From Cellulosilyticum sp. (lineage in GTDB: Bacteria; Bacillota; Clostridia; Lachnospirales; Cellulosilyticaceae), in the NCBI GenBank assembly GCA_017421915.1, contig JAFOHG010000006.1:1-62253 (forward strand): a stretch of 62,253 bases of DNA. The letters are read 5' to 3'. The translations under genes and the position numbers were made by a program. The notes under the pieces are model-generated. The model searched no databases. It was not told where the DNA came from and worked only from the letters and a program-made list of their open reading frames with translations. This document shows positions 41,531-51,462 of this stretch, in pieces (within the stretch, counting starts at the first letter, position 1; each line of letters opens with the position of its first letter).

Positions 41531-41601
41531 TTAATAGACTGCCTTTAAAGCAAGTTACAATATTGTCACATTAACTAGTCAAAATCCATTCTATCCGTTG
41601 A

Positions 41602-42537
41602 CTAGCTTAATGTTGCCACCATTACAGCTTTAATGGTATGCATCCTATTTTCTGCTTCATCAAATACCACAGAATAAGGCGCCTCAAAGACATCTGCTGT
41701 TACTTCATTTCCCTTAACAGCAGGTAAACAATGCATAAAAATCATATTAGGGTTATTGACTTTATCAATAAGTTTACGATTAACTTGATATGGGCTAAGA
41801 AGTGCAACACGTTCTTTTGCTTTATCTTCTTCACCCATAGAACACCAAACATCTGTATAAATGACATCTGCCCCTTCTACTGCTTGAATATCTTCTGTAA
41901 CAATTACTTTAGATCCTGATTCTTTTGCATACCCTTCACATACAGCTATATGTTTTGGATCTGGCCAAAGTAATTTAGGTGCCACAATGACAATATCAAT
42001 CCCCATTTTACTACATCCAATAAGTAAACTATTACTCATATTATTACGTCCATCACCCATAAAGACGAATTTTTTCCCTTTTAAAGTTCCTAAATGCTCT
42101 CTCATTGTTAATAGGTCTGCTAAAATTTGTGTTGGGTGATATTCATCTGTTAATCCATTATAAACAGGTACCCCACTATATTTTGCAAGGTCTGTTACCA
42201 CTTGTTGAGAAAATCCCCTAAATTCAATTGCATCAAACATACGACCTAAAACGCGCGCTGTATCTTCTACACTTTCTTTATACCCTAATTGAATATCGTC
42301 TTTACCTAAATATTCTGGATGAGCCCCTTCATCTACACATGCTACTGTAAAAGCACAACGTGTTCTTGTAGAAGGTTTTTCAAAAATTAAAGCTACATTT
42401 TTTCCTTCTAGGCTATGTCCTTTAATCCCCATACGTTTTTTAGCTTTTAAATCAGCAGCTAAATCTAATAAGAAATTAATCTGTTCTGCTGAAAAATCAT
42501 GTAATGTTAAAAATGATTTACCTTTTAATCCAAACAT
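41602..42537 (-). CDS. argF: Ornithine carbamoyltransferase
   Basis: [20 protein letters not shown] (SMG loop), HCLP. Confidence 0.94.
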   Translation of the reverse strand: MFGLKGKSFLTLHDFSAEQINFLLDLAADLKAKKRMGIKGHSLEGKNVALIFEKPSTRTRCAFTVACVDEGAHPEYLGKDDIQLGYKESVEDTARVLGRMFDAIEFRGFSQQVVTDLAKYSGVPVYNGLTDEYHPTQILADLLTMREHLGTLKGKKFVFMGDGRNNMSNSLLIGCSKMGIDIVIVAPKLLWPDPKHIAVCEGYAKESGSKVIVTEDIQAVEGADVIYTDVWCSMGEEDKAKERVALLSPYQVNRKLIDKVNNPNMIFMHCLPAVKGNEVTADVFEAPYSVVFDEAENRMHTIKAVMVATLS

Positions 42538-42658
42538 TGCTTTACTCCCCCTTATACTTTATACAACCTCTTTTTATATAGATTTCACACCTAAGCCCTC
42601 TACTTATATAGTCACTTTATCACTGTGGAATCTTTATACAATAGGTTATGTTTTAATA

Positions 42659-42696
42659 TGCTTATAATTATACATACAATCTAATAAAAATTCAAT
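42659..42696 (-). promoter_or_regulatory. SigA promoter of argF overlapped by two ARG-box-like sites
   Basis: TTGAAT-17 bp-TATAAT inside ATTGAATTTTTATTAGAT-tg-TATGTATAATTATAAGCA. Confidence 0.65.
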
Positions 42697-42769
42697 ATAT
42701 TCTTATATTTAGTGGTGAATTTTAATTTTATAATATACATCATAAACATCAGTTTCCTAGTTTATCACT

Positions 42770-42799
42770 AAAAAGAGGCTGCCCTTATGGCAACCTCTT
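42770..42799 (-). terminator. Terminator after the pseudouridine synthase
   Basis: aagaggctgcc-cttat-ggcaacctctt with U-run on minus strand. Confidence 0.75.
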
Positions 42800-42831
42800 C
42801 ATTATACTTATATTGATTATATTTATTCTCT

Positions 42832-43554
42832 TTATACTTGACTTTGTAATTCTACAAGTTCATCTTCTGTAAGCTGACGATACTCACCTAGTGCTAAATC
42901 TTTTGGTAGCTTAAGCTGTCCCATCTGTATACGTTGTAAGTAAACAACTTCTTTACCTACAAATTGAACCATCTTCTTAACTTGATGAAATTTCCCTTCA
43001 CTAATTGTTACATAAATCTCTGAAAACTCACCACTTGAAATAATCTCTAATTTCCCTGGTCTATAAGTTGTTCCATCTTTTAAGGTCATACCTTGAGCAA
43101 ATACCTGGGTATCCTCTGGAACCATTTCACCTTTTACTTTTGCATAATAAATTTTATCCACATGTTTTTTAGGGGATAATAAATCATGAGCAAGCTTTCC
43201 ATTATTCGTTAAAACCAGTAAACCTTCTGTATCTTTATCCAATCTTCCTACAGGAAAAAGTTCCTTATTACGATCCATTTGCATGAGTAAATCAATAACA
43301 GTCTCATCTCTTGGGTCTTCTGTAGCAGATACATAACCTGCTGGCTTATTGAGTAAATAATAATAATACGCTTTATAATCTATTGGTTTACCCGATACAC
43401 AAATCACTTGTGTTTCTGGATTAACATTTGCCTCACTTTTTGCAATACATTTGCCATCCACAGTAACTTTCTTAGCTTTTATCAACTTTTGTACTTCTTT
43501 ACGGCTTCCATAACCAACATGGCCTAATACCTTATCTAAACGCATGACTTTCAC
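42832..43554 (-). CDS. RsuA-family rRNA pseudouridine synthase
   Basis: S4 domain MRLDK, PVGRLDKDTEGLL, EGKFHQVKKM. Confidence 0.95.
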   Translation of the reverse strand: MKVMRLDKVLGHVGYGSRKEVQKLIKAKKVTVDGKCIAKSEANVNPETQVICVSGKPIDYKAYYYYLLNKPAGYVSATEDPRDETVIDLLMQMDRNKELFPVGRLDKDTEGLLVLTNNGKLAHDLLSPKKHVDKIYYAKVKGEMVPEDTQVFAQGMTLKDGTTYRPGKLEIISSGEFSEIYVTISEGKFHQVKKMVQFVGKEVVYLQRIQMGQLKLPKDLALGEYRQLTEDELVELQSQV

Positions 43555-43561
43555 CTACTTC

Positions 43562-44923
43562 TTAACATAAACGCCAGCTAGCTGGATATTGATTTTTTAA
43601 CATACCATTTTGTGCTTTAACCCATCCTAATGGATAACCATCTACACAAACTACATAATACCCTTTTGGTCTATCACATAAAATAGTTTCACCTTTAAGA
43701 TAACGCATAATAGCTTCATCTTGTAATGACCACTCTATAGTCTGTTTAAACATCTCTTTTGGATAAGCTAAAGTTAACACATGAGATGGCTCAAAACGTT
43801 TATTTTTAAGTTCTCCTAATAATAAACCACCACGAATCACACGTACACCCTTTAAATCTGGTGCATCCTCTGGAATACTATAGAGCTTACCACTAATTTC
43901 TGTGACAGGCATATCTGCACTTAAATGTGTATATTGCTCCATAAAAGCAAGGGCATCTGGATAATCTTTTAAACGTTTTTGTTTACCATATCCAGGACAC
44001 TTGCCTGCCTCACCACCTGTTCTTTGAAGTAAACACACAAAGTGGCCTTCTCCTTCTAAATGGTGTGGCCATAATCTTAAAGCCCCTTCTAACTGAGGAT
44101 CTGCATCAATAAAATCTGGACGTCCCTTACTAATACCACCTACTGGTGTTAAAGGAACTACTTTAAAATCTGGATGCTTTTTAAGGAATTCATCAATCAT
44201 ACCCTCATTTTCTTCAGGTGAGAAGGTACAAGTTGAATATAAAATCATTCCATCTGATTTAAGGAGTGTAACTGCATCTTCTAAAATCGTACGTTGTAAA
44301 TTAGCACAGTGTTGTACGCCATAAGCCTCCCAGCTTTTTGTTGCACTTTCATTTTTACGGAACATTCCTTCTCCTGAACACGGTGCATCAATTAAAATCT
44401 TGTCAAAATAACCTGGCCATTTACTTGCTAACTTTTCAGAGGTTTCACTTGTTACAATCCCATTACGATTTCCAAAGTTCTCAAGATTTTTAAGTAAAGC
44501 TTTAACACGTGAGGCACTAATGTCATTGGATACAAGTACCCCTTCTTGTTTCATACGTGCTGCAAGCTGTGTACTTTTTCCTCCAGGTGCCGCACACATA
44601 TCTAAAACACGGTCTCCTGGTTCAATTGGTAAATACGCTCCTGGTGACATAGCACTTGGTTCTTGAATATAGTATAAACCTGCAAAATAGTAAGGGTGTT
44701 TACCTGGCTTTTCATGTGCATCATAGTAAAACCCTTCTTTACACCAAGGCACAGTCTTTAAAGAAGTAAAAGGATTAATTTTTTCCCATTCTTCTAAGCT
44801 TAATTTTAAGGTATTCACCCTTAACCCTTGATATTTTGGTAATTTATAAGAAGCTAAATAAGCCTCATATTCATCTTTTAACAATCTTTTCATTTTTTCT
44901 TCAAAAGCTACTGGTAACTTCAT
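43562..44923 (-). CDS. RsmF/NOL1-NOP2-Sun RNA m5C methyltransferase
   Basis: YIQEPSAM, DMCAAPGGKS, DAPCSGEGMFRK, YSTCTF. Confidence 0.95.
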   Translation of the reverse strand: MKLPVAFEEKMKRLLKDEYEAYLASYKLPKYQGLRVNTLKLSLEEWEKINPFTSLKTVPWCKEGFYYDAHEKPGKHPYYFAGLYYIQEPSAMSPGAYLPIEPGDRVLDMCAAPGGKSTQLAARMKQEGVLVSNDISASRVKALLKNLENFGNRNGIVTSETSEKLASKWPGYFDKILIDAPCSGEGMFRKNESATKSWEAYGVQHCANLQRTILEDAVTLLKSDGMILYSTCTFSPEENEGMIDEFLKKHPDFKVVPLTPVGGISKGRPDFIDADPQLEGALRLWPHHLEGEGHFVCLLQRTGGEAGKCPGYGKQKRLKDYPDALAFMEQYTHLSADMPVTEISGKLYSIPEDAPDLKGVRVIRGGLLLGELKNKRFEPSHVLTLAYPKEMFKQTIEWSLQDEAIMRYLKGETILCDRPKGYYVVCVDGYPLGWVKAQNGMLKNQYPASWRLC

Positions 44924-44989
44924 TCTTCATTCTCCATCATCATCTACTTTATATATTTTTATCCTACTCCTTAAAGTATACACACTCGT

Positions 44990-45703
44990 TTAACACTCTT
45001 CCTCTAAACGTGCTATTAAAAGCGGTTTAAAATCCAAATAGTCTGCGGAAACTAATTGATACATAATCCCTTCATATTCACCTATCTTTGCTTTTTCCCA
45101 AGAAGAGGCATCATGTAAGTGTCCATAAATGACTTTCGTTACAGGATATTGTTTCATAAGTTCTATAAAAGGAGAGGTTGTCGCATCCTCTACATAAGGT
45201 GGATAATGTATCATTACCCAAATCTCCTTTGCTTTTTCCTTAAGGGCCGCATCTAATGAGAGTTTTAATCGGCCACATTCCCTTGCAATCATTTTCTCAG
45301 TTTCTTCTATCTTTTCAACTTGCTCACCAATCGACCATCCTCGTGTGCCACAAATTGCTACCTCACCTACTAAATAAGTTGTATTTTGTAAAAAATAAGT
45401 ATGCTGATATTTACGATTCAATGGACTTGGTCGATCCCACCAATAATCATGATTGCCTCTAATGCAAATTTTATGTCCTGGTAATTCATCTAACCATTCT
45501 AAGTCTGGTCCTGCTTCTTTTAAACGCATTGCCCATGATATATCACCGGGAATCAGTACAATATCTTCACTTGTTACATTAGACTCCCATTTAGCTTTAA
45601 TCTTATCCATATGATTTTCCCAATGGACACCAAACACATGCATAGGCTTATTGGATGTATGGCTTAAATGTAAATCACCTATTGCAAATACGTTCATTTT
45701 CAT
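44990..45703 (-). CDS. Calcineurin-like metallophosphoesterase
   Basis: GDLH, PGDISW, RGNHDYWW, YGHLH. Confidence 0.92.
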   Translation of the reverse strand: MKMNVFAIGDLHLSHTSNKPMHVFGVHWENHMDKIKAKWESNVTSEDIVLIPGDISWAMRLKEAGPDLEWLDELPGHKICIRGNHDYWWDRPSPLNRKYQHTYFLQNTTYLVGEVAICGTRGWSIGEQVEKIEETEKMIARECGRLKLSLDAALKEKAKEIWVMIHYPPYVEDATTSPFIELMKQYPVTKVIYGHLHDASSWEKAKIGEYEGIMYQLVSADYLDFKPLLIARLEEEC

Positions 45704-45751
45704 CGCTCCTTAGTTTCCCCATTATAGCATAGCTTTTTTTTAGTTGACAAT

Positions 45752-46708
45752 CTATTGATTATGACAACCAAAAACTCTTAGAGCTCGTCCACCTAGATAA
45801 TTACATAAATCCCCTTGTTTATAGCCCTTTTCTTCCATTTCTGCCACAATTTCATCATGAATTTTCCACCAGCTTGTATTCCAGTTTGCATATAAAGTAT
45901 GTTCTTCTGGTGCACGTCCAATAATGCGTTGTACCACTATATCTGGTGATAAATAACGTAAAAATGTAATCACTCGTTTTTTATAATCCTCTAATGAAAC
46001 CATCTCTAAACTACCTTGTTCATAAGCCTTTGCAAGAGGCGTTCCTTTAACCACATATAAAGCATGGAGTTTTACATACGTATTTTGCATTGCACTTAAG
46101 CATTTAGCGGTTTCAATAACATCTTTCAAATCATCCCATGGTAAATCTACAATAACATGCGTACAAGTTGCAAAAGGATATTGTTTAATTTGCATCATGG
46201 CATCTAAATACTCTGCCAAACTGTGGCCACGATTAATTTTTTGAAGGCTACGATAATTAATTGTTTGTAAACCTAACTCAATACAAACCTCTTTTTTATA
46301 TTTTTGTGACCACTCAAAAAGTGCCTCTAAATAAACTTTACTAATACAATCCGGTCTTGTTGAAACAGAAATGCCTACTATATCTGGATGTACTACTTTT
46401 TCTAAAATCATTTTAAAATCATCAATAGGCATATACGTATTACTAAAATTCTGTAAATAAGGAATAAAGTATTTTGCCTTATATTTTGCTTTAATCTTTT
46501 CTATATTGTGTTCCATTTGACTAGCAATTGCTTCAGTGGCTTCCCTCATCTCATAACCAGTTCCCACATCTCCACAATAAATACAACCACCACTTGCTAC
46601 ATTTCCATCTCGATTTGGACACGTTGTAGGCAGGTTAATTGGAATCTTATATACCTTATCACCATATTTTTCTTTTAAATAACTTGAATATTTACGATAT
46701 ACTTCCAA
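45752..46708 (-). CDS. Radical SAM protein (TIGR01212/YhcC-like)
   Basis: TCPNRDG...GGCIYC, TRPDC, ELGLQT, NRGH. Confidence 0.9.
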   Translation of the reverse strand: MEVYRKYSSYLKEKYGDKVYKIPINLPTTCPNRDGNVASGGCIYCGDVGTGYEMREATEAIASQMEHNIEKIKAKYKAKYFIPYLQNFSNTYMPIDDFKMILEKVVHPDIVGISVSTRPDCISKVYLEALFEWSQKYKKEVCIELGLQTINYRSLQKINRGHSLAEYLDAMMQIKQYPFATCTHVIVDLPWDDLKDVIETAKCLSAMQNTYVKLHALYVVKGTPLAKAYEQGSLEMVSLEDYKKRVITFLRYLSPDIVVQRIIGRAPEEHTLYANWNTSWWKIHDEIVAEMEEKGYKQGDLCNYLGGRALRVFGCHNQ

Positions 46709-46829
46709 AACTTTAATCTCCTTTAATGTTTTTCTAAAATTTATTATAACATAGTGCCTTTTATTAGCCTACAGTTATTCTGATCTGTTATTTTTTCCTT
46801 AATTATCCAACTTATTTTTTTATTTAACA

Positions 46830-46858
46830 GCATATATATTTTTTTTAAGCACATAATA
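46830..46858 (+). promoter_or_regulatory. SigG-type forespore promoter of the DUF378 gene
   Basis: GCATA-17 bp-CATAATA; the B. subtilis homologue yuzA is SigG-controlled. Confidence 0.65.
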
Positions 46859-46908
46859 TTCTTATCATCTTGATTTGCTAAAAAAATTGGAAAGGTGGTA
46901 ATTTAACA

Positions 46909-47130
46909 ATGAAATCTAGAGCTTGGGATTATATCGCACTTACACTTATCATTGTTGGAGCAATCAACTGGGGTCTTGTTGGTTTCTTCCAATTTGATTT
47001 AGTTGCGTTTATTTTTGGAGGTATGAGTTCTTGGATCAGTCGCGTTATTTATGCCGTAATAGGTATTGCCGGCTTATATTGTCTCACACTTTATGGTCGC
47101 GTTTATGATCAATCTTATTCTAATAACTAA
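46909..47130 (+). CDS. DUF378 (YuzA-like) small membrane protein
   Basis: IVGAINWGLVGFFQFDLV...YAVIGIAG. Confidence 0.92.
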   Translation: MKSRAWDYIALTLIIVGAINWGLVGFFQFDLVAFIFGGMSSWISRVIYAVIGIAGLYCLTLYGRVYDQSYSNN

Positions 47131-47133
47131 TCT

Positions 47134-47162
47134 AAAAACCACTTTTCAAAAAGTGGTTTTTT
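47134..47162 (+). terminator. Terminator after the DUF378 gene
   Basis: aaaaaccactttt-c-aaaaagtggtttttt. Confidence 0.8.
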
Positions 47163-47240
47163 ATTTATCAATTTCACTAAAAAAACAGTCATTTTGAATA
47201 AAGTCTTGAATAAATATAATAATAAAAAGATATTCAAGAG

Positions 47241-47663
47241 GTGATGTGTATGATTAAAATTATTACAGGTCAAGCAGGCGAAGGGAAAACAAAATGGCTT
47301 ATTGATGTGGCAAATGAAAAAATCCGCTCTTTAAAAGGGCATGCTATTTATATCGATAGTAGCACCCATCATCGCTATGCACTTGCTCATCAAATTCGTC
47401 TTATTGAAACCGTCAATTTTCCCCTTCAATCTAGAGCAAGTTTTACTGCTTTTTTATGCGGTATCTTATCTGCCAATCATGATATAGAGGTTGTTTTTAT
47501 TGATGAACTTTTTAAACTTACTCAATGTCATCTTAGTGAATTATCCGATTGCCTTGAAGACATTAGGAAATTGTCAGATTATTATGATATTGATTTCTTT
47601 ATTAGTACCTCTTGTTCTAAAAATGATCTACTGCAACATATTCCTTCTTATCTGATTGCCTAA
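47241..47663 (+). CDS. Small P-loop NTPase-like protein of unknown function
   Basis: Walker A GQAGEGKT, Walker B VVFIDE; start may be the ATG at 47250. Confidence 0.75.
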   Translation: MMCMIKIITGQAGEGKTKWLIDVANEKIRSLKGHAIYIDSSTHHRYALAHQIRLIETVNFPLQSRASFTAFLCGILSANHDIEVVFIDELFKLTQCHLSELSDCLEDIRKLSDYYDIDFFISTSCSKNDLLQHIPSYLIA

Positions 47664-47683
47664 CAATACACATCTATCTTTCA

Positions 47684-47736
47684 ATAAAAAAACATCATAT
47701 AACTTAATCTTAAGAAGTTATATGATGTTTTTTTAT
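47684..47736. terminator. Bidirectional terminator (P-loop gene / glgX)
   Basis: ataaaaaaacatcatataactt...aagttatatgatgtttttttat. Confidence 0.85.
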
Positions 47737-47759
47737 GTGATTATTCATTTTTAATCTTT

Positions 47760-49700
47760 CTAAAGGCTTATTTGAAATAAACATACACTATAGGCCTTAA
47801 CTTCATATTGTTCGCTTTCTACCACCTCTTCTACCTGCTTTAGGTGCGCCGTATTAATTAAACATTTCCACTTTCCCTCAACTTTTGGTAGTTCAAACAT
47901 TAATGATTCATAGTAATTATTAGCAATAAAAAATAAACTCTCCTTACCTTCAATAAAAAGTGCAATACTACGTGAGTAGTAAGACCAATCTGGCTGTTTT
48001 TGATGAATACCATGCCAACTGATGGTATAGTCCTCCTCATGTTTAAAGTAATCTAGTGATTTTCTTAATTGAATAATGCGGCGTGTAAAATCCAATAAAT
48101 CCGCATGCTCTATAGACTTTTTCCAATCTACCCATACCAGCTCATTATCCTGACAAAAAGCATTATTATTTCCCTTTTGTGTTCTAGCAAATTCATCTCC
48201 CATTAAAAGCATGGGTGTTCCTTTTGAGAAAAACAAAATACTAAGTAAATTACGTGCAGCTTTTTGCCTAGATACCAAAATTCCTTCATCGTCTGTTTCT
48301 CCCTCTGTCCCCCAATTATAACTATAATTCGCATTGTGTCCATCTCGATTATCTTCACCATTTGCTTCATTATGCTTTTGATTATAGGAAACCAAATCCC
48401 ACATTGTAAACCCATCATGAGCTGTAATAAAATGAATAGTTTGATCCTTTCCTTTTCGCGAATCTGTAAAATAAATTTCTTTTCCCATCATACAATGAGA
48501 AACCGAAGGAACAATTCCTTGATCTCCCTTCACAAATTTACGGATAGTATCTCTAAAATAATCACTCCACTCACAAAATGGTGCTGGCATACGTCCTACA
48601 TCATAACTTCCTTTTGCATCCCATCCTTCTGTAATTAATTTTACTTTAGATAATATTGGGTCTGTAGCAATTTCATTAAGCAATGATTCTTTTAACCATC
48701 TTCCTCTTTCATCTTGCCCTAAAATAGACGCAAGATCAAATCTAAAACCATCTACACCTATTTCATTTGCCCAATAAATTAAACTATCTTTAATTAACGC
48801 CTTCACAATAGGGTGGTTCGTATTTAAAGTATTTCCTGTTCCTGAACAGTTCAAATAATTTCCGCACTCACTGTATTTATAATATACCTCCGGGGCTAAA
48901 TATTTAAAATGAACCTTAACCCCTCCTTCTCCACCTTCTCCCGAATGATTATAGACAACATCCAATATAATCTCTAATCCTGCTTCATGTGCTGCTTCAA
49001 TAAAAGCTTTAAATTCTTCTAATGAATCTTCACTATTTTTTCCTACACTATATCGCTCATCAATAGCAAAAAATGCTAAAGTATTATATCCCCACACATC
49101 CTCTAGTAGCTCTCCTGTATAAGGACTCCTATTCTTCACTGTACGAGGATACCATTTAAAAACTGGAAGAATCTCTAAGGTTGTTACCCCTAATTGTTTT
49201 AAATAGGGAATTTTTCTAATAAGACCTTTAAATGTACCTCTCTCCTCCTCCGGAATGCTCTCATCTATTTTGGTAAAATGTCCTACATGAAGCTCATATA
49301 TAATTGTAGATTTCCAAGGAATTTCTGGTTTTTTCTTAAGATAATGCCAAGCCCCTATAATTAAATTTCGCCATTCTCCCTTAACATAAGCTACACCTTT
49401 TGCATAAGGGTCCATCAATGCCGGTGAATAAGAATAATCTTCATTCATAATTCGCCATACGTAGTACATACCTGAGGTAATCTTCTTGGCACCCATATTT
49501 CTAATATACGCTGTAAAATAGTCACTATCTTTTTCCCGTTCAATAACCTCTTTTATAACTGGTGTTGTTTGATTTACATCTTCATATATTTCAACTACCA
49601 TGGCAAAGGCATGTTTTGCATAAATAGTGAAATAAGCTCCTTCACTAGATAATTGACACCCTAGCTTTTCATGTCCTACCATGACATCTGAACTTTCCAT
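47760..49700 (-). CDS. glgX: GH13 isoamylase / glycogen debranching enzyme
   Basis: IIYELHV, WGYNT, DVVYNH, GFRFDLAS (Asp nucleophile), EGWD, FITAHDGFT. Confidence 0.9.
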   Translation of the reverse strand: MESSDVMVGHEKLGCQLSSEGAYFTIYAKHAFAMVVEIYEDVNQTTPVIKEVIEREKDSDYFTAYIRNMGAKKITSGMYYVWRIMNEDYSYSPALMDPYAKGVAYVKGEWRNLIIGAWHYLKKKPEIPWKSTIIYELHVGHFTKIDESIPEEERGTFKGLIRKIPYLKQLGVTTLEILPVFKWYPRTVKNRSPYTGELLEDVWGYNTLAFFAIDERYSVGKNSEDSLEEFKAFIEAAHEAGLEIILDVVYNHSGEGGEGGVKVHFKYLAPEVYYKYSECGNYLNCSGTGNTLNTNHPIVKALIKDSLIYWANEIGVDGFRFDLASILGQDERGRWLKESLLNEIATDPILSKVKLITEGWDAKGSYDVGRMPAPFCEWSDYFRDTIRKFVKGDQGIVPSVSHCMMGKEIYFTDSRKGKDQTIHFITAHDGFTMWDLVSYNQKHNEANGEDNRDGHNANYSYNWGTEGETDDEGILVSRQKAARNLLSILFFSKGTPMLLMGDEFARTQKGNNNAFCQDNELVWVDWKKSIEHADLLDFTRRIIQLRKSLDYFKHEEDYTISWHGIHQKQPDWSYYSRSIALFIEGKESLFFIANNYYESLMFELPKVEGKWKCLINTAHLKQVEEVVESEQYEVKAYSVCLFQISL

Positions 49701-49853
49701 TCTACTTCCTCCTCAGAACATTTCACCTGAAATTTTAATTTTTACCTCTCAAGGTAGATAAAGGCATTCTCTCAACACATAACTATATTTTGATTGATTA
49801 TTTAGATTTTTTCAATAGTTATTTTTGTTTTTTATAAGGTTTTAAACTCCCTC

Positions 49854-49882
49854 TTGAAATCCCTTTTATCCTATGCTATGAT
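49854..49882 (+). promoter_or_regulatory. SigA promoter of the tyrS leader
   Basis: TTGAAA-17 bp-TATGAT with TG extension. Confidence 0.8.
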
Positions 49883-49899
49883 AATCCATAATTAAATAT

Positions 49900-50115
49900 T
49901 TTATTAAATGATGAAAAAGTTCAAGTAATTTATAAAGGTCAGTTTAGAGAGTGTATGGTTGGTGAAAATACATCGTCTTTATAAAATGAAATACACCTTT
50001 GGAGTTTAATAACGGGCGTCACCGTTATATGACATGAGGCAAATTTTTATTTGTAAATTAAGGTGGTACCACGGGTGAACTCGTCCTTAGCGGATGAGTC
50101 CACCCTTTTTAATTT
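49900..50115 (+). ncRNA. Tyr T-box riboswitch
   Basis: AGAGA and GGTGAA stem I motifs; specifier TAC at 49992-49994; AAGGTGGTACCACG at 50060-50073; terminator GGGTG...CACCC-UUUUU. Confidence 0.93.
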
Positions 50116-50134
50116 TATCTTAGGAGGACTTATA

Positions 50135-51358
50135 ATGAGCGTATTTGATACCTTAATGGAACGTGGCTTTATTGAACAATGTACCCACGAAAAAGAAATT
50201 AAAGAACTTTTAGAAAAGGAAAAAGTTACTTTTTATATTGGTTTTGACCCTACAGCTGATAGTCTTCATGTAGGTCACTTTGTAACGGTTATGGCTATGA
50301 GCCATATGCAACGTGCAGGACACCGTCCAATTGTTTTATTTGGTGGTGGAACAGCTATGATTGGTGACCCTACTGGTAAAACAGACATGCGTAAAATGAT
50401 GACAGTTGAAACAATTGACCATAACGTAGAATGTTTCAAAAAACAAATGTCTAAATTCATTTCTTTTGATAATGATGCTGCTATTATGGTTAATAATGGT
50501 GATTGGCTTCGTAACTTAAACTATATTGAACTTTTAAGAGAAGTTGGTCCACTCTTCAACGTTAACCAAATGTTAGCTGCTGAATGTTATAAACAACGTA
50601 TGGAAAAAGGTCTTTCTTTCTTAGAATTCAACTATATGATTATGCAATCATATGACTTCCTAGAATTATTCCGTCGTTACAATTGTAAATTAGAATTAGG
50701 TGGTAATGACCAATGGTCTAACATCTTAGGTGGTGTTAAACTTGTTCGTTGTTTACACGGTGAACAATCATTTGGTATGACTTTCTCTCTTCTCACTAAT
50801 AGTGAAGGTAAGAAAATGGGTAAAACAGAAAAAGGTGCTGTTTGGTTAGATCCTGAAAAAACTTCTCCATATGAATTCTACCAATACTGGAGAAATGTTG
50901 CTGATGCTGATGTTAAACGCTGTTTATCACTTCTTACTTACGTTCCAATGGATGAAGTAAATGCTTTAACAAACGTAGAAGGTGCAGCAATTAATAAAGC
51001 TAAAGAACGTCTAGCTTATGAAGTAACTAAGATTGTTCACGGTGAAGAAGAAGCTCAAAAAGCTGAAACAGCTGCTAAAGCACTCTTCTTAGGTGGTGCA
51101 CATGGTGGTTCTATCCCTTCAACAGAAATGGTTGCAGCTGATTTCGAAGAAGGTATGGATATTTTAACACTTCTTCAAAAAACAAAACTTATCCCATCAC
51201 GTTCTGAAGGACGTCGTCTTGTAACACAAAATGGTATTAAAGTAAATGAACAACCTGTAACTGATCCAAATGCTCAATTTACAGGAGCTGATTTCAAAGA
51301 AAATGAATTAATGATTCAAAAAGGAAAAAAAGTTTTCCATAAAGTTATTTTAAAATAG
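50135..51358 (+). CDS. tyrS: Tyrosine--tRNA ligase
   Basis: [13 protein letters not shown] (HIGH), [14 protein letters not shown] (KMSKS), S4 tail; ATG at 50135 after GGAGG. Confidence 0.98.
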   Translation: MSVFDTLMERGFIEQCTHEKEIKELLEKEKVTFYIGFDPTADSLHVGHFVTVMAMSHMQRAGHRPIVLFGGGTAMIGDPTGKTDMRKMMTVETIDHNVECFKKQMSKFISFDNDAAIMVNNGDWLRNLNYIELLREVGPLFNVNQMLAAECYKQRMEKGLSFLEFNYMIMQSYDFLELFRRYNCKLELGGNDQWSNILGGVKLVRCLHGEQSFGMTFSLLTNSEGKKMGKTEKGAVWLDPEKTSPYEFYQYWRNVADADVKRCLSLLTYVPMDEVNALTNVEGAAINKAKERLAYEVTKIVHGEEEAQKAETAAKALFLGGAHGGSIPSTEMVAADFEEGMDILTLLQKTKLIPSRSEGRRLVTQNGIKVNEQPVTDPNAQFTGADFKENELMIQKGKKVFHKVILK

Positions 51359-51378
51359 ATCTATAATATTTAATGCAT

Positions 51379-51423
51379 AAAAAATAAAGTATGCCCCTAT
51401 TTTTGGCATACTTTATTTTTTTT
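51379..51423. terminator. Bidirectional terminator (tyrS / AI-2E gene)
   Basis: aaaaaataaagtatgcc...ggcatactttattttttt. Confidence 0.88.
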
Positions 51424-51462
51424 AACATTTTTTAAAGACCTATCTTATTTACTACTAAACTA

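Noticed and set aside
41451-41560. Possible c-di-GMP or other riboswitch for serC
   Set aside because: No recognisable aptamer consensus, and serC has its own SigA promoter downstream of this terminator
49701-49775. glgX leader with GAGAGA and TTTCAGGT, reminiscent of a glycine riboswitch
   Set aside because: Lacks the core CCGAAG segment and convincing stems; the gene context is unrelated to glycine
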